The position numbers and the translations under genes are program-made. Below the pieces are notes generated by a model. The model saw nothing but the letters and a program-made list of their open reading frames with translations, was not told where the DNA came from and did no database searches. Below, in pieces: positions 49,304-55,074 of a stretch of 55,074 nucleotides of DNA. Within the stretch, counting starts at the first letter, position 1, and the number at the start of each line of letters is the position of its first letter. The stretch comes from Burkholderiales bacterium (lineage in GTDB: Bacteria; Pseudomonadota; Gammaproteobacteria; Burkholderiales; Burkholderiaceae_D), in assembly GCA_947475815.1 (NCBI GenBank), contig CANJOT010000001.1:1-55074 (forward strand), given 5' to 3'.

Positions 49304-51013
49304 ATGCCGTCCGAGCCCCAGTTGTTCGAGACCCAAACCGCCGAGAACCAGCCCATGCAGATTCCGTCCCCTGTCGACTTCGCGACTTCGCCTGAGAAAT
49401 ATCGTCACTGGAAACTGGAGTGCCAGGGTGCGATTGCCACGCTGACCATGCAGGTCGACGAAAACGCCGGCCTGCGCGAAGGCTACAAGCTCAAGCTCAA
49501 CTCGTATGACCTTGGTGTGGACATCGAACTGCATGATGCCGTGCAGCGCATCCGCTTTGAGCATCCCGAGGTGCGTACCGTCGTCCTCACCAGCGGCCGC
49601 GAGCGCGTGTTCTGCTCCGGCGCCAATATCTTCATGCTCGGCAAGTCGACCCACGCCTGGAAGGTCAACTTCTGCAAGTTCACCAATGAAACGCGCAATG
49701 GCCTCGAGGATGCGAGCAAACATTCGGGCCTCAAGTTTGTCGCGGCCGTCAATGGTGCCTGCGCCGGTGGCGGGTATGAGCTGGCCGCGGCCTGCGACGA
49801 AATCATCCTCGTCGATGATCGTTCCTCGGCGGTCAGCCTGCCGGAGGTGCCCTTGCTGGCCGTGTTGCCGGGCACGGGTGGCCTGACGCGGCTGACCGAC
49901 AAACGCAAGGTACGTCACGATCTGGCGGACATTTTTTGCACCACCTCGGAGGGCGTGCGCGGTCAGCGCGCCAAAGACTGGCGGCTGGTGGACGAGATTG
50001 CCTCGCCGGTACGTTTCAAGGAGGTCGTTGCCACACGCGCCGCCGCGCTGGCCGCCGGCAGCGATCGCCCGGTCAACGCCCAAGGTATCGCCCTGACGCC
50101 GCTGGTGCGCAGCCAGAGCACGGACCAGCTTGACTACCCCACGGTATCGGTCGTGATCGACCGCGCCGCGCGCAACGTCGTGCTGACGGTGCGTGCACCG
50201 CAGACCGCGCAACCGACCGATATCGCCGGCATTGAAGCCGCCGGCGCGACGTGGTGGCCGCTGCAGATGGCGCGCGAACTCGACGACGTGATTCTGCACC
50301 TGCGCACCAACGAAACCTCGATTGGCACCTGGGTGCTGAAAACCCAGGGCGATGCTGCGGCCGTGCTCGCCGTCGATGCCACGCTGGCCGCCCTGCAATC
50401 GCACTGGCTGGTGCGCGAAACCATCGGGCTGCTGCGGCGCACGCTGGCGCGCCTTGATGTCACCTCGCGTTCGCTGATCGCCCTGATCGAAGAGGGCTCC
50501 TGCTTTGCCGGCACCCTGCTCGAACTGGCGCTGGCCGCCGACCGTTCCTACATGCTGGCCCTGCCAGACACGCCCGAGCGCGCGCCGCGACTGGCGCTGT
50601 CGGCGCTTAATTTTGGTCTGCTGCCGATGGTCACCGACCAGTCGCGCCTGGCGCGCCGCTTCTATGACGATGCGGTGCAGCTGGCCTCTCTGGCCGCTCT
50701 GGGCGACGCGCCGCTCGATCCCGATCAGGCCTGCACGCTGGGTCTGATCACGGCCGCACCCGATGACCTCGACTGGGCCGACGAAACCCGCATGGTGCTC
50801 GAAGAGCGCGCTGCCATGTCGCCCGATGCGCTCACCGGCCTCGAAGCGAACCTGCGTTTCAACGGTCCGGAAAACATGGTCACGCGTGTGTTTGCGCGCC
50901 TGTCGGCCTGGCAGAACTGGATTTTCGTGCGCCCCAACGCCGTCGGCGATGCCGGCGCCCTCAAGGTGTATGGCACCGGCACCAATCCGAAATTTGATGT
51001 GCACCGCGTCTGA
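49304..51013 (+). CDS. boxC: 2,3-epoxybenzoyl-CoA dihydrolase (benzoyl-CoA dihydrodiol lyase) BoxC
   Basis: Large crotonase-family protein (about 550-570 aa) immediately upstream of boxB/boxA. An alternative start 17 codons downstream (MQIPSP) is possible. Confidence 0.9.
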   Translation: MPSEPQLFETQTAENQPMQIPSPVDFATSPEKYRHWKLECQGAIATLTMQVDENAGLREGYKLKLNSYDLGVDIELHDAVQRIRFEHPEVRTVVLTSGRERVFCSGANIFMLGKSTHAWKVNFCKFTNETRNGLEDASKHSGLKFVAAVNGACAGGGYELAAACDEIILVDDRSSAVSLPEVPLLAVLPGTGGLTRLTDKRKVRHDLADIFCTTSEGVRGQRAKDWRLVDEIASPVRFKEVVATRAAALAAGSDRPVNAQGIALTPLVRSQSTDQLDYPTVSVVIDRAARNVVLTVRAPQTAQPTDIAGIEAAGATWWPLQMARELDDVILHLRTNETSIGTWVLKTQGDAAAVLAVDATLAALQSHWLVRETIGLLRRTLARLDVTSRSLIALIEEGSCFAGTLLELALAADRSYMLALPDTPERAPRLALSALNFGLLPMVTDQSRLARRFYDDAVQLASLAALGDAPLDPDQACTLGLITAAPDDLDWADETRMVLEERAAMSPDALTGLEANLRFNGPENMVTRVFARLSAWQNWIFVRPNAVGDAGALKVYGTGTNPKFDVHRV

Positions 51014-51076
51014 ACAGACTGTCTCCAGCTTCGGTCCTACCCATACCCATTGGTATTAAAACGCAAAGAGGTCATC

Positions 51077-52504
51077 ATGAGTTCGATCAATTACAGCGAG
51101 AAGATTCCGAACAACGTCAATCTCTCGGAAGACCGCGTGCTGCAGCGCGCCCTCGAGCAATGGCAGCCGAACTACCTCAAGTGGTGGGATCAGATGGGCC
51201 CGGAGGGGTCGCAGAACATGGATGTGTATCTGCGTACCGCCATCAGCACTACGTCCGATGGCTGGGCGCAGTTTGGTCATATCAAGATGCCCGATTACCG
51301 CTGGGGCATTTTCCTGGCCGCGCCGGAAGCCAACCGCAAGGTCAACTTTGGCGAAGCCAAGGGCGCCGATGCCTGGCAGGACGTGCCCGGAGAATTCCGC
51401 TCCAACCTGCGCCGCATCATCGTCACCCAGGGAGATACCGAGCCGGCCTCGGTCGAACAGCAACGCCACCTCGGCCTGACCTGCCCGTCGGGCTATGACC
51501 TGCGCAACCTGTTTCAGGTCAACGTCGAAGAAGGCCGCCATCTCTGGGCCATGGTCTATCTGCTGCAAAAGTATTTCGGTCGCGATGGCCGCGAAGAAGC
51601 CGAAGCCCTGCTGCAACGCAACTCGGGCGATCAGGACAAACCGCGCATCCTCGAAGCCTTCAATGAGCCGACGCCCGACTGGCTGGCGTTTTACATGTTC
51701 ACTTATTTCACCGACCGCGACGGCAAGTTCCAGCTCAACGCGCTCGCCGAGTCGGCTTTTGATCCGCTCTCGCGCACCTGCCGGTTTATGCTCACCGAAG
51801 AAGCGCATCACATGTTCGTCGGCGAATCGGGTGTTGCGCGCACCATCGCGCGCACCTGTGAGGTGATGAAACAGTACGGCATCGAAGACCCGGCCCAGGT
51901 GCGTGCCAAGGGTGTGATCGATCTGCCGACCCTCCAGCGTTACCTGAATTTCCATTTCAGCGTGACCATTGACCTGTTCGGCGCCGACCAGTCCTCGAAC
52001 GCGGCGACCTTTTACAGCACCGGTCTGAAGGGTCGTTTCGAAGAAACCAAACGCACCGACGACCACGTGCTCAAGAATGATCATTACGGCATCCTGCAGA
52101 TCTCCAATGGCGCCCTGATCGAAACCCAGATGCCCATGCTCAACTCGCTCAACGAAGTGCTGCGCGACGACTACATCCGCGACTCGGTGTCGGGCATCGG
52201 CCGCTGGAACCGGGTGATCGAAAAAGCCGGCCTGTCGTTTCGGCTGCTGGCGCCGCACAAGGCATTCAACCGGCACATCGGCAGCTTCTCGAATACGCGC
52301 ATCTCGCCGGACGGCCGCATCCTTTCCGAGGCAGAATGGCAGGCCAACGTGCGCAACTGGCTGCCGTCCGAGGAAGACCGCGCTTATGTTGCTTCGCTGA
52401 TGGGCCGCGTGGTCGAGCCGGGCAAGTTTGCCAACTGGATTTCGCCGCCGCCGATTGGCATCAATCGCCAGCCGATCGATTCTGAATATGTCCGTTTTAA
52501 CTGA
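51077..52504 (+). CDS. boxB: Benzoyl-CoA 2,3-epoxidase, diiron oxygenase subunit BoxB
   Basis: 475 aa. N-terminus [37 protein letters not shown]. Diiron EExH-type motif LTEEAHHMF. Positioned between boxC and boxA. Confidence 0.9.
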   Translation: MSSINYSEKIPNNVNLSEDRVLQRALEQWQPNYLKWWDQMGPEGSQNMDVYLRTAISTTSDGWAQFGHIKMPDYRWGIFLAAPEANRKVNFGEAKGADAWQDVPGEFRSNLRRIIVTQGDTEPASVEQQRHLGLTCPSGYDLRNLFQVNVEEGRHLWAMVYLLQKYFGRDGREEAEALLQRNSGDQDKPRILEAFNEPTPDWLAFYMFTYFTDRDGKFQLNALAESAFDPLSRTCRFMLTEEAHHMFVGESGVARTIARTCEVMKQYGIEDPAQVRAKGVIDLPTLQRYLNFHFSVTIDLFGADQSSNAATFYSTGLKGRFEETKRTDDHVLKNDHYGILQISNGALIETQMPMLNSLNEVLRDDYIRDSVSGIGRWNRVIEKAGLSFRLLAPHKAFNRHIGSFSNTRISPDGRILSEAEWQANVRNWLPSEEDRAYVASLMGRVVEPGKFANWISPPPIGINRQPIDSEYVRFN

Positions 52505-52515
52505 CCGGTAGAGCC

Positions 52516-53778
52516 ATGAATGGTGGAACAATGAATGCACCCCAAGAGATCGTTCTCATCAGGCAACACCTGATCGACCCCGAGGTCTGCATTCGTTGCA
52601 ACACCTGCGAAGAAACCTGCCCGATCGATGCCATCACCCACGATGGCCGCAACTACGTGGTCGACGCGGCCCGATGCAATTCGTGCAACGAGTGCATCGC
52701 GCCATGTCCGACCGGCTCGATCGATCACTGGCGCACCGTGGCCCGGCAGGATGCCTACTCGCTGGAAAATCAGTTCAGCTGGGACAGCCTGCCGGAACAG
52801 CAGGAAATTCCGGAGGGCAGCATGGCGCCCGTACCGCCTGTTGCCGCAGACGGTGCTGATGCAAGCGTGCCGCTGCAGGTCAATGCCACGGTGGCGTTGA
52901 CGTCGGCCCATGCACCGTGGTCGGCAGCGCATCCTTATCTCAATCTGTACACGCCAAGAAAGCCCGTCACGGCCACGGTTGCCGGCAACCTGCGCCTGAC
53001 GGCGGCGAGCGTGCAGAGCGACATCCGCCATATCGTGCTCGATTTTGGTCAGCAGTTTTTTCCGGTGCTCGAGGGCCAGTCGATCGGCATCCTTCCACCG
53101 GGTACGGACGCCGCCGGCAAGCCGCATTTTCCACGCATGTATTCGGTCGCCAGTCCGCGCGATGGCGAGCGTCCCGGCTACAACAACCTGTCGCTGACGG
53201 TCAAACGCGTGCTCGAGGATCATGCCGGCAAGCCGGTGCGCGGCGTCGGTTCGAATTTTCTGTGTGACCTGCAAAAAGGCGATCAGGTCGCGGTGATCGG
53301 ACCGTTTGGCAACAATTTCCTGATGCCCAACCACCCCGGCTCCAACCTGCTGATGATCTGCACCGGCACCGGTTCGGCACCCATGCGCGCCATGACCGAA
53401 CAGCGCCGCCGCCAGGTCAGCGCCGGGCAGATGAGCGATGCAAGACTGATGCTGTTTTTCGGCGCCCGTCAGCCGGATGAGTTGCCCTACTTCGGGCCGC
53501 TGGCCAGGCTGCCGGCGAATTTTCTCGACAAACATTTTGCCTTCTCGCGCGTGCCCGGCGAGCCGCGCACCCATGTGCAGGACCGCATCCGTGCTGCCGG
53601 TGCGCAGGTGGTGCAGTTGTTGCGCGCCGATACCTGCGTTTATATTTGTGGCCTCAAGGGCATGGAAGCGGGTGTGCTCGAGGCCTTGCACGAAGTCTGT
53701 CAGGCGGTCGGTCTGGACTGGCCGGCATTGCATGCTGCCATGATTGCCGAAGGTCGTTTTCACGTTGAGACGTATTGA
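52516..53778 (+). CDS. boxA: Benzoyl-CoA 2,3-epoxidase, reductase subunit BoxA
   Basis: Two 4Fe-4S ferredoxin motifs ([24 protein letters not shown]) fused to an FNR-like module (RMYSVAS, GTGSAP). Alternative start at 52531. Confidence 0.9.
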   Translation: MNGGTMNAPQEIVLIRQHLIDPEVCIRCNTCEETCPIDAITHDGRNYVVDAARCNSCNECIAPCPTGSIDHWRTVARQDAYSLENQFSWDSLPEQQEIPEGSMAPVPPVAADGADASVPLQVNATVALTSAHAPWSAAHPYLNLYTPRKPVTATVAGNLRLTAASVQSDIRHIVLDFGQQFFPVLEGQSIGILPPGTDAAGKPHFPRMYSVASPRDGERPGYNNLSLTVKRVLEDHAGKPVRGVGSNFLCDLQKGDQVAVIGPFGNNFLMPNHPGSNLLMICTGTGSAPMRAMTEQRRRQVSAGQMSDARLMLFFGARQPDELPYFGPLARLPANFLDKHFAFSRVPGEPRTHVQDRIRAAGAQVVQLLRADTCVYICGLKGMEAGVLEALHEVCQAVGLDWPALHAAMIAEGRFHVETY

Positions 53779-54218
53779 TGAAATTTGCCGAACTGAGCAC
53801 GGGCCAGCGTATCGTCATGGGACCGGTCACGGTCGACCGCGAAGAAGTCTTTGAATTTGCCGCCAAGTACGACCCACAGTGGTTTCACACCGATGCCGAA
53901 CGCGCCGCCGCCGGCCCGTGGGGTGGTCTGATCGCCAGCGGCTGGCACACCTGTGGTCTGGCCATGGCGCTGGTGGTCAAGCACATTCTCGAAGGATCCG
54001 AAACCTTCGGTTCACCCGGCCTGAGTTACCTCAAGTGGCTCAATCCGGTGCGCCCGGGTGACCAGCTGATGCTTGAGGTGGAGGTGCTGGAAAAGCGTGT
54101 CTCGAGCTCCAAGCCCGATCTGGGCATCGTGCGCTGGCGCTGGGTGATGAGCAATCAGGACGGCGCGGCCGTGCTCGATGTGGAAGCGACGAGTCTGTTC
54201 AGGTTGCAAACCACATGA
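53778..54218 (+). CDS. MaoC-like (R-specific enoyl-CoA hydratase, hotdog fold) protein
   Basis: FAAKYDPQWFHTDAERA..GLIASGWHT hydratase-2 pattern. The ATG overlaps the boxA stop by 1 nt (TGATG). Confidence 0.75.
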   Translation: MKFAELSTGQRIVMGPVTVDREEVFEFAAKYDPQWFHTDAERAAAGPWGGLIASGWHTCGLAMALVVKHILEGSETFGSPGLSYLKWLNPVRPGDQLMLEVEVLEKRVSSSKPDLGIVRWRWVMSNQDGAAVLDVEATSLFRLQTT

Positions 54219-54237
54219 AGTGAATTGTTGTTGCGGC

Positions 54238-55011
54238 TCACTCCTCATCGAGGACATCGTCGGCAAGCCTGCTTTTTTGCAGCCACAGCATCGCGCCCGC
54301 CCAGCATAATCCCAGTGCCATCACGACCATTCCCAGGTATTGAAAAAACCGTGCGATGCCGCGCGACTGGTGGATCAGTCCCAGGTCGCCGAACATGTTT
54401 TGCCAGTCGTGGCCATCGCTCTCTTTGCCGGTTCCTCCGCCGATCAGCGTGAGCTGCGGATCGAAGGCGTCATACATGTAGATCGCCATGTCGATGAGTG
54501 AATAACCGAACAGCCAGAAGAACACGGCCGCGCCAAACGCGTCGCGCCGTTTGATCAGCAAGGCGCCACCAAGAACGATGGCCAGCAGGTGCTGGCCCAG
54601 GGTGCCGCCGAGGATGTGCATGAAGTTGCCAAACGCCCTGAAAATGACATGGCCTGCTTCATGGAAGGGCGTGAGCACCAGATGCAGAAATGCACTGCCG
54701 GACTCGCCTGCGCTCAGCTGGTAGTCCAACCAGATCATCATATTCCAGAGCACCAGCACGGCCAGCATGCCGCAGCGCCCCATCCAGTCGGCCTTGGCGA
54801 CTTTGACGGGGACAGGAAAGATCCAGTCGGAAAGCCGGAAGCGCTCGCGATCTTCGTCTTCTTCTTCGAGTCGTCTGCGCTGGCTGCGCGAGGGCAGCAC
54901 GGCGCCATATTTGGCGAGGATCAGGCCGCATGCCGGACACGCGGCCGGCAAGGCCTGATCTTCCGGCAAGGGGCTGTGGGTGCACTTCGGGCACGAACGG
55001 TAATGGGGCAT
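54238..55011 (-). CDS. Membrane protein with an N-terminal zinc-ribbon (CPKC...CPAC) and an intramembrane HEAGH motif (putative zincin-like metalloprotease)
   Basis: About five predicted TM helices by eye. HExxH lies inside the second hydrophobic segment. An acidic linker EEEDEDRE follows the ribbon. Confidence 0.6.
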   Translation of the reverse strand: MPHYRSCPKCTHSPLPEDQALPAACPACGLILAKYGAVLPSRSQRRRLEEEDEDRERFRLSDWIFPVPVKVAKADWMGRCGMLAVLVLWNMMIWLDYQLSAGESGSAFLHLVLTPFHEAGHVIFRAFGNFMHILGGTLGQHLLAIVLGGALLIKRRDAFGAAVFFWLFGYSLIDMAIYMYDAFDPQLTLIGGGTGKESDGHDWQNMFGDLGLIHQSRGIARFFQYLGMVVMALGLCWAGAMLWLQKSRLADDVLDEE

Positions 55012-55074
55012 GGTGCAAGTTTCGCCCGAAACCGCGTGCCCGACAAGTTCGGCGCAAGGGCTGGATCAAGGATC

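Noticed and set aside
49241-51004. 587-aa ORF exactly antisense to boxC (same length as the sense ORF). Similar long antisense ORFs at 51056-52540 and 52384-53763 lie opposite boxB and boxA.
   Set aside because: The sense strand encodes recognisable BoxC/B/A proteins with RBSs. The antisense translations are Arg/Gly/Ala/His-rich with no recognisable motifs. Long stop-free antisense frames are expected in GC3-rich genes.

Overview
High-GC betaproteobacterial chromosomal segment. The argS-SPOR-dsbA-SDR, dapF-DUF484-xerC and cobW-dksA...hslVU neighbourhoods and the several Bug/TctC binding proteins look Burkholderiales/Rhodocyclales-like to me. I call 52 protein genes. I saw no rRNA, tRNA, CRISPR array, IS element, integrase other than xerC, or prophage/defence-type genes. 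Layout: (1) 1-9.5 kb holds aromatic/acyl-CoA catabolic genes: a Rieske ferredoxin, SDR, alpha-only Rieske oxygenase and crotonase operon; a MarR-like regulator; an HI0933-type flavoprotein; a meta-cleavage-product hydrolase; a PheA/TfdB-type FAD monooxygenase; and CoA-transferase A/B. (2) 9.6-21.7 kb is a housekeeping block: COG0523 GTPase, a DksA homologue lacking most zinc-finger Cys, a tandem-STAS protein, hslVU, SDR, dsbA, a SPOR protein, argS, xerC, DUF484 and dapF. (3) 21.7-33.5 kb holds GST, gcdH, a PaaG-like and a LiuC-like crotonase, a 2-hydroxyacid dehydrogenase, an AraC regulator and the leucine-catabolic genes liuA, PaaI thioesterase, liuB and liuD. (4) 33.6-40.9 kb holds a TctC, enolase-superfamily and TauD operon divergent from thiolase, a second paralogous FAD monooxygenase and TctC. 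(5) 40.9-54.2 kb is the aerobic benzoyl-CoA (box) region: bclA, an alpha/beta hydrolase and a Liv-type ABC transporter on the minus strand, and boxR, boxC, boxB, boxA and a MaoC dehydratase on the plus strand. (6) The window ends with a zinc-ribbon/HExxH membrane protein. I found no convincing undescribed multi-gene system. The most checkable non-routine signals are: a repeated ATGCAATAT/TGCA operator-like motif at the box promoters; four phased 12-bp direct repeats in an AT-rich divergent promoter; the COG0523 plus Cys-poor DksA pair; an internally duplicated STAS protein; two diverged FAD-monooxygenase paralogues; and several small perfect tandem duplications. Most long ORFs in the six-frame track that lie antisense to these genes are rejected as GC3-driven artefacts. 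All homology calls come from reading motifs by eye. No database search was run.
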